The notes: generated by a model from the sequence alone, not told the origin. Shown: positions 10,501 through 20,489, counted from the stretch's first letter. The stretch: 64,000 bases of DNA from Thermoflexus sp. (GCA_025057635.1 JANXBD010000002.1:5517-69516), one strand, 5' to 3'. Made by a program: numbers and translations.

Positions 10501-11617
10501 GGCATGTGGAGCTCCGCCCGAGACAACTATCACTGCACCCGCTCCGAATGCACGATTGAATCAAACCCCGGTTATCGCAGGAACGGGATCCCCATCGGAT
10601 ATCACCGGAGTTCAGGTCGCGCTGCAACGCATGCTAGACCAGCAGTGGTGGAACGGAAGCGGATGGGGTGGGAACCCGGTCTGGTTGACGGCAACCGGAC
10701 AGCTGTCGTGGTCGTGGACGCCTCCTTCCGATCTGGCTGAAGGGACCTATGGGGTGCTGGCCCGAGCGATACGCGGGACAATGGTAGATCCTACCCCAGC
10801 ATCAGTGATGTTTACGCTAGACCGCACCCCACCTGGCGTGCCCATGCTGATCACCCCCACCGTGACTGCCACCTATACACCACCGATTCGCTTCGAGTGG
10901 GCTCCTACCGGATCGGAGCCCCCATCTGGATACGTTCTCTTCATCAACAGCGCTCGCCTCACGGTGACCAATCCCATCTTCCTGGCCAACTTGGTTCCCG
11001 GGGAATACGAATGGACAGTTGCGGCTTTCGATGCGGCAGGCAATCTCTCCGGGACGCCGCCGCCGGTTCGGTTCTTCGTGGCCTCGGGCGTTCACGGATT
11101 CACGCTTTATCTTCCTATGATCTTTCGAACAACGGAGGCCGCTTCGCCCCCCTCTCCGGTCTGTGAAGATCGGCTACGAAACGGAGGGTTTGAGAACGAT
11201 CTGGAGGAAGGCTGGGAGATTCTCAACCCGCGTGCTCCTATTATCCGTGTCCAAAGCCCAGTCCGTGAGGGGATGTGGGCCGTTCGTCTAGGCGATCTGC
11301 AGGCGACTTCTGCTTCCTACGCTACCCTCTGGCAGCGGGTAAGCCTGGATGGACGTCATGCGAGGCTGACTCTCTGGCGTCTTCCGCAGATTCGAGAAGG
11401 GGGGGATCGGTTCTATATCGGTTTCCGAAATGCACGAAACGAATGGGTGCCCCTGCTGGTAGATCAGAGGAACACCGGAATATGGGAAACGGTGAGTCTG
11501 GATTTGACGCCCTACATGGGACAGATCATTACGTTGACCATCGGCGTTTACAACAACGGAAGCGGATGGGGAAGCGCAGCGGTGATCGATGGGGTCCGCG
11601 TGGAGGTTTGCCGCTAG
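7565..11617 (+). CDS. Exported multidomain N-acetylmuramoyl-L-alanine amidase (GerMN, Amidase_3 with inserted Golvesin/Xly-CBD-like domain, FN3/Ig repeats, CBM-like end); start uncertain
   Basis: ALVAGPTAEERAAGLWSPLP (GerMN). Zn amidase motifs SAGHG, VEDLN, ISFHTN and VLLEAAFHDN. FN3-like YKVY and FRVTGLNAGGES. N-terminal hydrophobic segment. Confidence 0.8.
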   Translation: MGSSPKPLRSPVEFFRLGGRTLLSLVLGIGLLVLMVLGLAWRGLAAIARPQQEGFSQHESFSVCFYVDATASRVRCVPRFFPQLAATISDRVSLRLQALVAGPTAEERAAGLWSPLPSRARMASFQWSGQVLTLYLELPTAYLERTGEEEPALGPWTVDQASYLFLRHLEPFGVQNVQVLARNPADGRFYALSWFLREPAPINKSTELARASGEPLVPMSVAGQPPAYSRPQAQGFLSGKVIYVSAGHGWYWYAPGNRWQTQRVNTHGLVEDLNNAETINQFLIQYLYNAGADVWPVRERDMNLWEGIADNDEPQLYQEQGAWSPGTLPGYAGRSYRTVLTALGAATAQATWTLVPPRDGIYAVYVWYASGSNRSTDVQFLIEHAGGRSEVRINQQVHGYTWRYLGSFPFRGGQPARVILTNRTDRPENLSRVVVADAVRIGGGMGTVAGDGPPPSSGPSGRPRWEEASRYWAKYQGAPPSVYDPFQCSSYSACGDQIDDVTARPRYAEWEREPLDDPIYISFHTNGYNGALRGTESYVYDNSDPNHRRPPGSLELQDAIHTQVIQDIRAGWDPNWIDRGKKQANLGELRLLSTMPGVLLEAAFHDNPQDAAALKDPRFAMLVARAVYKGIVRYYARRDGRSPIFLPEPPQAPVARQTGPGQVMVSWQPSPSDGGELLGHPATGYKVYTSTDGFAWSEGVLVNSTSYTLSGLPEGTTLFFRVTGLNAGGESFPTPVVGVRVGPWGVPRLLLVDGFDRLDAEMRPMENLGGNLGVVTRMPIARMNGFDALAGVGRALSMPFDGATDEAVSGGFVGLENYPIVLWLLGEEGFSEPTLEDSVRERLRNFLANGGRLILSGSNVGQDLSQRDPGFLGDMLRAALVADDAGARTVRPVPGNILDGIGDLTLDDGTMGSHRVTTPDVLAPGRGAQVLMQYPDGRMAATFYGAPCPQVAVFGFPLESAWPMTARTALFSRLLGAMMACGAPPETTITAPAPNARLNQTPVIAGTGSPSDITGVQVALQRMLDQQWWNGSGWGGNPVWLTATGQLSWSWTPPSDLAEGTYGVLARAIRGTMVDPTPASVMFTLDRTPPGVPMLITPTVTATYTPPIRFEWAPTGSEPPSGYVLFINSARLTVTNPIFLANLVPGEYEWTVAAFDAAGNLSGTPPPVRFFVASGVHGFTLYLPMIFRTTEAASPPSPVCEDRLRNGGFENDLEEGWEILNPRAPIIRVQSPVREGMWAVRLGDLQATSASYATLWQRVSLDGRHARLTLWRLPQIREGGDRFYIGFRNARNEWVPLLVDQRNTGIWETVSLDLTPYMGQIITLTIGVYNNGSGWGSAAVIDGVRVEVCR

Positions 11618-11744
11618 TTCAGAAGGGCCTGCCGGTTCCCCAAATGATTGGCGGATTCTAGAACGAGCCCCTTGATGTTGTTCTGAAAAATGACCTGGTG
11701 TGAGTGATAAGAGAGTGGAAGTTGTATCAGGAGCACCAGATTCT

Positions 11745-12758
11745 ATGCGAGCACAGACGATCTGGTTGCTGATCCTTCTCAGTGCGATTGTGATTGCAAT
11801 GTTGCTCACGCCGGTGGCTCGGACAGTGGCCTTCCGGATTGGGATGGTGGATCATCCCGCTCCGCGCAAGCTTCACACTCGGCCCATCCCTCTACTAGGC
11901 GGTGTCGCCCTTTACCTCGCGATTATCATTGCCCTGCTCATGTTGGAGGATCGCTACAATCTCCCGCAGCTGGCGGGGATCCTGGTGGGGGCCACGGCAA
12001 TTTCGTTTCTGGGGATCTGGGACGATCGGTGGGGGCTTCGGCCGTTAATCAAGCTGGCTGGGCAGATCGCTGTTGCCGGAATCGTGATGGCTACTGGCGT
12101 CGTCGTCTCTCTCTTCCCATGGCCGATCCTGAATATCCTGATTACGCTGCTCTGGCTGGTGGGGATCACCAATGCCTTCAACCTGATCGATAATATGGAT
12201 GGCTTGTCCGCCGGGATCGGCGCGGTCTCGGCTGCCTTCTTCCTGCTGCTGGCAGCGCTGAACGGCCAGTATCTGGTGGGAACCCTTTCGGCGGCCGTGC
12301 TGGGCGCCTGCATTGGCTTCCTACGCTATAACTTCAATCCAGCCTCGATTTTTATGGGGGACGCTGGGAGCATGTTTCTGGGGTTTCTGATGGCCGTTCT
12401 GGGGATTAAGTTGCGCTTTCCGAATAGTGTGGCGTTTGTCACCTGGATGGTTCCGGTGCTGGTCCTGGGGATTCCTATTTTCGACACCGCTCTGGTGATC
12501 TTCTCCCGGTTACGTCGAGGCCTGAACCCGTTGACCACCCCAGGGAAAGATCATCTTTCCCATCGGCTGGTGAGGGCAGGAATGACTCATCGCGAAAGCG
12601 TCCTGGCGCTATATCTAGTCCAGGCGGCGCTGGGAGCGCTGGCGCTGTTTGTCGCGATGGCAGGGATGCTGGAGAGCTATTTAATTGGAGCTATCGTTGG
12701 GAGTGTTGCGCTTTGGGCCCTCTGGCGCCTGGAACGGCCTCCGTTCTGGGAGGGATAG
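11745..12758 (+). CDS. WecA/TagO-like UDP-GlcNAc:undecaprenyl-phosphate GlcNAc-1-phosphate transferase (MraY family)
   Basis: RKLH..PIPLLGG, GIWDD, NAFNLIDNMDGL, FMGDAGS, DHLSHRL. Confidence 0.92.
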   Translation: MRAQTIWLLILLSAIVIAMLLTPVARTVAFRIGMVDHPAPRKLHTRPIPLLGGVALYLAIIIALLMLEDRYNLPQLAGILVGATAISFLGIWDDRWGLRPLIKLAGQIAVAGIVMATGVVVSLFPWPILNILITLLWLVGITNAFNLIDNMDGLSAGIGAVSAAFFLLLAALNGQYLVGTLSAAVLGACIGFLRYNFNPASIFMGDAGSMFLGFLMAVLGIKLRFPNSVAFVTWMVPVLVLGIPIFDTALVIFSRLRRGLNPLTTPGKDHLSHRLVRAGMTHRESVLALYLVQAALGALALFVAMAGMLESYLIGAIVGSVALWALWRLERPPFWEG

Positions 12759-12825
12759 TGCGTTGATCGATGAATAGAGCATAAACATCCAGAAGGAATC
12801 TAAAACAGGGATCCGTGAGGGGCAC

Positions 12826-13242
12826 ATGGGGAAGAGAGCGGTGGGCCTAGCAGTCGTTGTTTTGTTGGCGCTTGGATTGTGGATGGGGCTTGTCCGATTG
12901 CGACCCGCAGCCCATCAGCCCCCTCCTACCGGAACTGCCCGAGTCATTCTGATTCCTCCTTCTCCGACGCCGAGCCTGACCCCCTTGCCTTCTCCCACGC
13001 CGACGGCGACAGTGCAAAGGATGACGGTAACCGGAACTGGGGGTCTTGGCCTGCGGCTTCGAGAGGGGCCTGGGCTTCTCCGAGCGGTAGTCACGATTCT
13101 CAATGAGGGCACCTCTGTGTGGGCTTTCCCCGAATCGGTTGAGGCGGATGGTTTTCGATGGCGTCGGGTTCGGACGGAGGACGGGGCCTTCGAAGGATGG
13201 GCAGCAGAACTGTATCTGGCCCCGGCGGATGGAGCGGATTGA
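12826..13242 (+). CDS. Membrane-anchored bacterial SH3-domain protein
   Basis: N-terminal TM, PT linker, GLRLREGPG...WRRV...EGWAA. Confidence 0.8.
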   Translation: MGKRAVGLAVVVLLALGLWMGLVRLRPAAHQPPPTGTARVILIPPSPTPSLTPLPSPTPTATVQRMTVTGTGGLGLRLREGPGLLRAVVTILNEGTSVWAFPESVEADGFRWRRVRTEDGAFEGWAAELYLAPADGAD

Positions 13243-13246
13243 GTGG

Positions 13247-13283
13247 AATCCTCAGGCGTGGAGGAGCCCTCAGCCTGAGGATT
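13247..13283. terminator. Hairpin between convergent genes, probable terminator
   Basis: AATCCTCAGGC ... GCCTGAGGATT 11-bp inverted repeat. Confidence 0.6.
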
Positions 13284-13294
13284 TCGCTTGGTTG

Positions 13295-13834
13295 CTATGC
13301 TAGCTCCGGCTGGATCAGCCCATAATTCCCATCCTGCCGGCGGTAGACCAAATTGATGCTGGCCGTCTCGGGATTGTAGAAGATGAAGAAATCGTGGCCT
13401 AAAAGTTCCATTTGTTCGATCGCCTCTTCCGGGGTCATCGCGGTCACTGCGAACCGCTTAATCTTCACAATGCGCCCTTCCATCTCGCTCGCTTCCTCCG
13501 AGGGGGCCATCTCTAAGGCCTCAAAGCGGGCTCGTCCTTCCCGGCGTCCTTTAAAACGCTCGATCCGCCGCTCCATCTTATCGACTACCAAGTCGATCGC
13601 CGCCAGGAGATCGGCATGGCGTTCCTCCGCGCGCAGGAGAATACCTGGCGTCATACGAAGGGTGAGCTGAGCGATCTGACGCTGACCCCGGCTGCGGGTA
13701 TTTTCCTGGGCAAGCTCTAGTTCGGCCTGAGATATGGTATGCAAAAACCGCTCCAAGCGCGCGATCCGCTTTCGTGCGTAATTTTCAATCTGATTCGTAA
13801 TCTCTAGGTTCCGACCCCGAACAATCAGCTCCAT
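13295..13834 (-). CDS. hpf: Long-form ribosome hibernation promoting factor
   Basis: MELIVRGRNLEIT, MTPEEAIEQMELLGHDFFIF, VYRRQDGNYGLI. GGAGG RBS. Confidence 0.95.
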   Translation of the reverse strand: MELIVRGRNLEITNQIENYARKRIARLERFLHTISQAELELAQENTRSRGQRQIAQLTLRMTPGILLRAEERHADLLAAIDLVVDKMERRIERFKGRREGRARFEALEMAPSEEASEMEGRIVKIKRFAVTAMTPEEAIEQMELLGHDFFIFYNPETASINLVYRRQDGNYGLIQPELA

Positions 13835-14640
13835 TTCTTTGTTCCTCCCTCGCAGAGTATCCGACTGATCGTCCCTTCGGTTGGGCATGGGACGACCTGC
13901 ACAAGCTTTTCGCTGCGTAGCGCTCTCTGGATTACTCGGGCGAGGGTAAACCCCCAAACCGATCGTGCCCCGGCCTCATAAAGGGCTGCTGCGCACGCTT
14001 CCAGTGTCGCTCCACTGGTGCACACGTCATCCACCACAGCGATCTGCTTTCCGCCTGCCCAGCGGGGATCTGCCACGAAGGCGCCCCGAACATTTCCCCA
14101 ACGATCCTTTCGATCCAGGCCGATCTGGGAAGGGGTAGATCGAACTCGATGTAGCGCTTGAGGGCAGAAAGGAATTCCTATGCGCTCCGACAGCGCACGT
14201 GCCAGCACCGCGGACTGATTATACCCCCGTTGCCGCTGACGCGATTTAGGAGCCGGAACGGAGACTAGCAAATCGGCCTCCATACCAAAGCGAATCCAGC
14301 CCTCCGCCATCCCCATGGCCAGCGCCTGAGCGAGGCGGTATCGCCCGTGGAACTTCAATTGATGTAATGCCCTTCGAATTGATCCGGCATAGACGTAGCA
14401 CGAGCGCACCCCATCCAAGCTGAGCGGGTTTTTTGAACAGCGTGGACATCGGTCTTCTGCAGACCACGGAATACCGCACAGGGAACAGACTGGAGGCATC
14501 AACAAATCCGCTGTGGCCTCGCAATCGAGGCACCACAACGATCCATGGCGACCACAGCCAGCGCAACGGGGAGGAAATATGAGGTCTAGCGCCTCCTCGA
14601 TTAGACGAGCAATCGATTGGGGAAGATGAACGGCTAACAA
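13825..14640 (-). CDS. comF: ComF family competence protein (Zn ribbon + PRTase fold)
   Basis: FPPRCAGC, further CxxC pairs, RGYNQS, VVDDVCTSGATL. Confidence 0.93.
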   Translation of the reverse strand: MLAVHLPQSIARLIEEALDLIFPPRCAGCGRHGSLWCLDCEATADLLMPPVCSLCGIPWSAEDRCPRCSKNPLSLDGVRSCYVYAGSIRRALHQLKFHGRYRLAQALAMGMAEGWIRFGMEADLLVSVPAPKSRQRQRGYNQSAVLARALSERIGIPFCPQALHRVRSTPSQIGLDRKDRWGNVRGAFVADPRWAGGKQIAVVDDVCTSGATLEACAAALYEAGARSVWGFTLARVIQRALRSEKLVQVVPCPTEGTISRILCEGGTKKWS

Positions 14641-14731
14641 GAGTTCCCAACCGCGCTGAGAAAAGTGAGTAAAGGGAATAGCAAGAAAAAATCAAGACCC
14701 CCTAGGATCCCTCACTCATTCAAAATTAGTT

Positions 14732-15667
14732 TTAGGGAAGGAATCCGGCACCGAACTGTTTGATCACGATCAGTAGGGCTGGCCCCAACAGGACGACGAA
14801 AATAGACGGGAAGATCAGAAAGACCAAGGGGAAGAGCATCTTGATCGGGGCCTGACGGGCCAGCTCTTCTGCTCGCTGACGACGGCGTAGACGCATCTGA
14901 TCGGCCTGGATATGGAGCACCTTGGCGATGCTCACTCCTAATTGCTCAGCCTGGATGATCGCAGCCACAAAGGTCGTCATCTCCGGGAGATCCGCCCGAG
15001 CAGCCATATCTCGCAATGCATCCTTGCGAGAGCGGCCTAAGGCGATCTCCTGAAGCGCCCGTGCGAAAGCCCTCCCCAGCTCATTGTTCCAGCGCTCGGC
15101 GACTCGTTGCATCGCGGCATCGAACCCAAGGCCAGCTTCCACGCAGATCACCATCAGGTCTAAGGCATCTGGGAGTGTCTTTAGAATCTCATGCTTACGT
15201 CGAGCGATCTGCTGGTTAAGCCAGATTAATGGATAATAGAACGCGAGCCCTCCAACGCCCAGGCTCAGACTCCATCGCTGCAGAGAAGGAGCGTGCAACA
15301 TCAGCACATAAATGAGAGCCGCCAAGCCTAAGCCAAGGATGATCCGCAACACAAAGAACTCCGCTGCACCTAGACGGCCTGGGTTGCCCGCCAGCTCCAG
15401 ACGGCGGCGGGTGTCCTCAATGATCGATTGAGGGGTGAATCGGATGATGAATTCCGCAACCTGACGGAGAATGGGGACAATGACCCGCTGGGTGAAGGGG
15501 ATCGAGAGTTCGACTTCCTCCAGGGTAACCGGCACTTCCCGAGCCGCGAACTCCGATAGCCGAGCCTGCAGAACCTCTTCTTCCCGCGGGGCGCTTAGAC
15601 CGATTATAAGGATCAGGGCAATCGCACCTATCGCTAAGATGACCACAAGCAAAGTGAGGCTTATCAT
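14732..15667 (-). CDS. tadC: Tad pilus inner-membrane platform protein TadC
   Basis: LPDALDLMVICVEAGLGFD, KMLFPLVFLIFP. Confidence 0.92.
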   Translation of the reverse strand: MISLTLLVVILAIGAIALILIIGLSAPREEEVLQARLSEFAAREVPVTLEEVELSIPFTQRVIVPILRQVAEFIIRFTPQSIIEDTRRRLELAGNPGRLGAAEFFVLRIILGLGLAALIYVLMLHAPSLQRWSLSLGVGGLAFYYPLIWLNQQIARRKHEILKTLPDALDLMVICVEAGLGFDAAMQRVAERWNNELGRAFARALQEIALGRSRKDALRDMAARADLPEMTTFVAAIIQAEQLGVSIAKVLHIQADQMRLRRRQRAEELARQAPIKMLFPLVFLIFPSIFVVLLGPALLIVIKQFGAGFLP

Positions 15668-15671
15668 CTTC

Positions 15672-16637
15672 TTACACCTCGATTCGGACAATCCGTTGCA
15701 TTACAAAATATCCAATCAGCATCATCACAATCGTGCAAGCGATCATGAAGTAACCTAGAATTCCGCTATTGAAGAAGTTCAACATATAATCGCGATTGAT
15801 CCCGAACAGAGCCAGACCCAATCCGATTGGCAGAAACAGCAGCACATTACCGCTGATGGTCTGCTGAGCCGTCAGCACCCGGATTTCTCCCTTGATTCGC
15901 ACTCGTTCACGGATTGTGAAACTGATTGTATCCAGGATCTCCGCTAGGTTCCCGCCCACCTCGCGCTGAATCAGGATCGCCGTGACTAGCATTTCCAAGT
16001 CATCGCTATGTACCCGGCGCAGCATATTCCCGAGCGCTTGGTCGAGGGAGAGTCCCAACTGTTGCTCCTTCACCACCCGATCGAACTCCGTAGAAATTGG
16101 CGGGGGCAGTTCACGAGCGACTGCTTCCATCGCTTGAAGGACGCTATACCCAGCGCGCAGCCCGTTCACCATCAGGCTAATGGCGTCGCCAAGCTGAGCA
16201 TTGAAAGCCTGGAGACGGCGTCGCTGCCGCCAAGCCACATACAGACGCGGTGCGAGGAAGCCCACTATCAGACCAAGCAAGACGAGGGGCAGGAATCGGA
16301 AGAAAAAGTGAGCGAGTGCCCCGGCCAGAATTGCCGTTAGGATCTGGATGCTCAGGAACTCTGCAGGCGTGACTTTCAGATCTGCGCGAGCTAATTGAAG
16401 ACGCAGATCCTCAGCGAACCCTCGCCCGGCGATGGCGCGATTTAGGGACTCACTGAAGGGCATCGTGCGACGCGCAGATGGAGAAGCACGCTTATCTTCA
16501 CGGCGGCTAGGCACAGGGGTCACATATCGCTCCAGCCGTTCGGCAACTTCTTCCTCTTCACCCCCAAAGATGTAGAGCAACAAGAGAATGAAGATGGCAA
16601 TACTCCCGCCGATCAGCACATACATCTGCCAGCTCAT
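15672..16637 (-). CDS. tadB: Tad pilus platform protein TadB
   Basis: GLRAGYS, IQREVGGNLAEILD, RERVRIKGEIRVLTAQ. Confidence 0.92.
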   Translation of the reverse strand: MSWQMYVLIGGSIAIFILLLLYIFGGEEEEVAERLERYVTPVPSRREDKRASPSARRTMPFSESLNRAIAGRGFAEDLRLQLARADLKVTPAEFLSIQILTAILAGALAHFFFRFLPLVLLGLIVGFLAPRLYVAWRQRRRLQAFNAQLGDAISLMVNGLRAGYSVLQAMEAVARELPPPISTEFDRVVKEQQLGLSLDQALGNMLRRVHSDDLEMLVTAILIQREVGGNLAEILDTISFTIRERVRIKGEIRVLTAQQTISGNVLLFLPIGLGLALFGINRDYMLNFFNSGILGYFMIACTIVMMLIGYFVMQRIVRIEV

Positions 16638-16639
16638 GG

Positions 16640-18040
16640 CTACCTCCGCCCAATACCGAAGATCGCGGGTGGCAGACGGATGCCGGCTGCCTCGAGGCGA
16701 TCTATGAAGCGAGGTCGGATCCCGGTCGGCACGAGGCGGCCAATGATCTTACCGCCTTCCATTCCGTAATGCTCGAACTTGAACAGCTCTGTGGTGGTAA
16801 TCACTTCTCCTTCCAGTCCCTGGATCTCTGTGATCGAAATGATCTTGCGGGAGCCATCGCGCAGCCGTGCGGTCTGGACGATGAGATCGATGGCCATGGC
16901 GATCTGCTCTCGAATCGCCCGGTGAGGCAGATCTGTTCCAGCCATCAGCACCATATTCTCTAAACGAGCTAAAGCATCCCGAGGGGTGTTGGCATGGATG
17001 GTGGTCATCGATCCCTCATGGCCAGTGTTCATCGCTTGGAGCATATCGAAGGCCTCCCCGCCGCGGCACTCGCCCACGATGATCCGATCCGGGCGCATCC
17101 GCAAGGCGTTGATCACCAAGTCCCGCATCGTGATCTCGCCCTTCCCCTCGATGTTCGGCGGGCGGGTCTCTAGGGTCACCACATGTTCCTGGCGCAGCTG
17201 CAGCTCCGCTGCATTCTCAATGGTGACGATTCGTTCCCCTTCCGGGATGAAACCGGAGAGGATATTCAGCAGTGTTGTCTTCCCGGAGCCAGTCCCGCCA
17301 GAGACCACGATGTTGATCTTGGCCTGGACGCAAGCTTTCAGGAACTCCATGACCTCTGCGGTGGCCGAGCCCAGACGGACCAAGTCATCGACCGTCAACG
17401 GGGTTCGATAGAACTTCCGGATGGTGACCACTGGGCCGATGAGGGAAATGGGTGGGATCACGATGTTCACGCGCGAGCCGTCTGGCAATCGGGCATCCAC
17501 GTATGGCATGCTCTCGTCTACTCGTCGACCCAGCGGGGCGACGATGCGCTCGATGATTCGCATTAGGTGCTCATCGTCCTCGAAGACCACGTTTGTCCGT
17601 TCGATCTTCCCATGGCGCTCAATATATACTTTCTTAGGACCGTTGACCATGATCTCTGTGATAGTATCATCCTTTAGCAACGGCTCCAGGGGGCCAAAGC
17701 CCAGGATTTCAGCGACAATCTGTTCGAAGAGCCGCTGCCGCTCTAGACGACTGAGAACGATATGGTTTTCCATAAGCACAGCATCGAATTTCTCCTCGAT
17801 CATTGCCCGCAGCTCGTCAGTTCGAGCGAAATCCAAGGTGGGCTCCAGCTCCGCGAGGAGCTTAGATTGGATACGGCTCTTGAGATCCACGTAAGTATCC
17901 CGCATTCCCCCCGCTGGAGGAGGCGATCGGCGAGGAGGCGTGGAGGGAGGCTCCTGGACCGGTGGGGTGCGGGCAGGCTCGGAACTCGGAGAGGATGGGG
18001 GAGGGGGCTGATTGCTTTGAATGCGCCTTAAGAGAGACAT
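16640..18040 (-). CDS. cpaF: Tad pilus assembly ATPase CpaF/TadA
   Basis: GGTGSGKTT, LRMRPDRIIVGECRG, AMNTGHEGS. Confidence 0.96.
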   Translation of the reverse strand: MSLLRRIQSNQPPPPSSPSSEPARTPPVQEPPSTPPRRSPPPAGGMRDTYVDLKSRIQSKLLAELEPTLDFARTDELRAMIEEKFDAVLMENHIVLSRLERQRLFEQIVAEILGFGPLEPLLKDDTITEIMVNGPKKVYIERHGKIERTNVVFEDDEHLMRIIERIVAPLGRRVDESMPYVDARLPDGSRVNIVIPPISLIGPVVTIRKFYRTPLTVDDLVRLGSATAEVMEFLKACVQAKINIVVSGGTGSGKTTLLNILSGFIPEGERIVTIENAAELQLRQEHVVTLETRPPNIEGKGEITMRDLVINALRMRPDRIIVGECRGGEAFDMLQAMNTGHEGSMTTIHANTPRDALARLENMVLMAGTDLPHRAIREQIAMAIDLIVQTARLRDGSRKIISITEIQGLEGEVITTTELFKFEHYGMEGGKIIGRLVPTGIRPRFIDRLEAAGIRLPPAIFGIGRR

Positions 18041-18136
18041 GACTGCACCTCCTCGCCTAAGATTTCAATCGAATGATCATAACATCAGGAGACCATTTTT
18101 TACATTCTGAAGCCTTCAAGAAGCTTCGCCTGATCC

Positions 18137-19345
18137 TCAACGACCGACCCGCTTTCGGACCTCCTCGGCTTCTTGGGGAGCGAACAGGGCCTCCTCAAGT
18201 CGCCCAGCCAGTTGCAGCAGTGCTTGAGCGATGGGTTTAGACCGCTGGGCGACAAGCGGACTCCCTTTATTGATGGAATTCAACACCGTGACCTCATCCC
18301 ACGGGATCTGAGCGCTGATTCGATGCTTAAGGGCCTGTTCGACCATCTCTGGGGTAATCCCGAAGCGACGATCAACCTTATTCAGAATCATTAACATCTT
18401 ATGAGGCGGGTAATTCAGCTGGGTGATCACATCAAAGAACAGCCGAGCGTTCTTTATTGTTGGTACGTCAGGTGTCGCCACGAGCACAATTTGTTCTGCC
18501 TCGTCCAAGATGACCAACGTGGCGTCGGTAGGATGAGTAGAGGTATCGACCACCACGATATCGAAGAGAGTTCGAGCCAAGGTAAGAATACGCTTCATCG
18601 CATCGGCAGTCACATACTCCGCCAGCTCTGGCCGGGGCGGGGCCAGAAGCACTTTCAAACCGGAGACATGGGAAACTAAGGAAAGGTTGAATGCTTCCGC
18701 GTCTATTTCGTCTAGCCGAGCCAGATCCGCAATGCTTCGGGGCCCTTGTAGATTAAGGAACACGCCTACATCCCCAAAGGGCATCGAGGCATCAATCAGA
18801 ACTAGGCGACGCTCCGGCTTTTGCAGGGCCACAGCCAGGTTCACGGCGATCGTGGTAGTTCCCACCCCTCCTTTCGGGCTATAGACCGCTACCACTTTCC
18901 CCTGAGGTCCGCCACGTCCCGCTCCAAGTCCGATTGGCCCCGTTGGGGGTAACACCGGTGGCGGTCGGCGCATGCGATACACCCGGCGGATGGTGGCGAC
19001 CAGCTCATCTGCAGAGAAAGGTTTGGGAAGGAAGTCCCGCGCCCCGGCCAACATCGCCCGTCGTAGGTAGTCCGCATCGCTTTGAACCGACATCATTACC
19101 ACCTGAGCGAGGGGCGCGACCTCCATGATCTGCTCTACAGCCGAAATACCGCTCGCCCCCGGGAGGTTGATATCGAGCAGGACTACATCGGGTTGAAGAT
19201 CTCGAGCTAGCCGGATCCCCTCTTCAGCGGTGGCAGTGGCACCCACTACTTCTATATCATGCTCGAACATCAGGAGCTTCTTGAGATTCTCCCGGGTTTC
19301 TGGAACGTCATCGATGATCAGAACCCGAATTCGTTGGCTTGCCAT
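18137..19345 (-). CDS. cpaE: CpaE/TadZ receiver-domain + MinD-like ATPase
   Basis: IIDD...LLDINLPG receiver domain, then SPKGGVGTTT. Confidence 0.92.
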   Translation of the reverse strand: MASQRIRVLIIDDVPETRENLKKLLMFEHDIEVVGATATAEEGIRLARDLQPDVVLLDINLPGASGISAVEQIMEVAPLAQVVMMSVQSDADYLRRAMLAGARDFLPKPFSADELVATIRRVYRMRRPPPVLPPTGPIGLGAGRGGPQGKVVAVYSPKGGVGTTTIAVNLAVALQKPERRLVLIDASMPFGDVGVFLNLQGPRSIADLARLDEIDAEAFNLSLVSHVSGLKVLLAPPRPELAEYVTADAMKRILTLARTLFDIVVVDTSTHPTDATLVILDEAEQIVLVATPDVPTIKNARLFFDVITQLNYPPHKMLMILNKVDRRFGITPEMVEQALKHRISAQIPWDEVTVLNSINKGSPLVAQRSKPIAQALLQLAGRLEEALFAPQEAEEVRKRVGR

Positions 19346-19481
19346 GCCACCTCCTGTTCGATCACTGAGTAAATGTAATGTGAGGCAACCATGGAAATTA
19401 TTCTATTCTTCATTTTTCTCTTTTTCTTCTTCTTCCTCGGGGTGAGATTTCGATCCTTAAAGACCCTTCGTATGCTGATAG

Positions 19482-20489
19482 CTATCGGCAGGGCTCGCGG
19501 GCGAACTGATCAGGACAACCCGGCCCTACGTCCGGGGCTAGATCGAAGTTATCCGGCGTCGGGATGGAAATGCCCAGGCGCTCCACCAGAGCTCCCAGGG
19601 TGATCGGATCGGTTCGCACGATCTGGTTGTCGGTGGGATTTCGCAATGCAAAATCCACGACTGCGCCGGATTCGCGGAGCCACTGCAACAGCAGTGCGTC
19701 CTGTTGGCTCACGAGCAGAACGATATATTGCTGGCGCGGCGATGGGGCGGGCGTCGGCGTGGGCCCCGGGCCAGGAGTGGCTACAGGGGTTGGTTGAGGG
19801 CGTTGAGGGGCCTCGAAGATGCCCACCGCTAACACCTCCACGTTTTGCAATGCCAACTGGCTCACCCTTTGGACCACTCGCTGATCGAGATCCGCCAGAG
19901 CGAGCTGAGCAGCTGCTGGCGGTTCTATTCCCAACGCGATCAACCGACGAGCCAAATCCTCATCTAGTGGCCGATCAATGATCTCGCCGCCCTCTAGGGG
20001 CTTGGTTCGAATTATGGCGAACGTCACCAATACGTCCACCTTATCGCCAGGGGCGAGGTTGAAGGCCACTCCAGCTGCTTCATCTACCGGAAAGGCGAAG
20101 GCGACTTTACCAGGCGGGACGAAGAGCGCCGCCTCTGAGCCTCGGCGAGCCGCCTCCGCCGGAGCCGCTGCGAGGTCCTCCGGCACAATGGGTTTCTGCC
20201 GAGGGATATCCACTCGAGCGATCCTACCGATAACCTGCTCTGTGTTCGTGAATGCGCCCTCCGGAAGGACTTCCACCGGCCATCCGCGCAACACCACATC
20301 GGATGCAGTGATGACAGCCCCACGAGGGATATTTTGTGCAGCGATCACAATCGGTTGCAGGAAGGGAGGCGTAGGAGTCGCGGTCGGTGCCGGAACAGCC
20401 ATCAGCCGCGGCAACAATAGAACCGCGCCCATAAGAACCAAGATCAATACAATAAATAGCAACAACGTGCGATTTCTGTGTCGGCGCAT
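19482..20489 (-). CDS. cpaB: Flp pilus assembly protein CpaB/RcpC (SAF domain)
   Basis: IVIAAQNIPRGAVIT, PGDKVDVL, LQNVEVLAVG. Confidence 0.9.
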   Translation of the reverse strand: MRRHRNRTLLLFIVLILVLMGAVLLLPRLMAVPAPTATPTPPFLQPIVIAAQNIPRGAVITASDVVLRGWPVEVLPEGAFTNTEQVIGRIARVDIPRQKPIVPEDLAAAPAEAARRGSEAALFVPPGKVAFAFPVDEAAGVAFNLAPGDKVDVLVTFAIIRTKPLEGGEIIDRPLDEDLARRLIALGIEPPAAAQLALADLDQRVVQRVSQLALQNVEVLAVGIFEAPQRPQPTPVATPGPGPTPTPAPSPRQQYIVLLVSQQDALLLQWLRESGAVVDFALRNPTDNQIVRTDPITLGALVERLGISIPTPDNFDLAPDVGPGCPDQFAREPCR

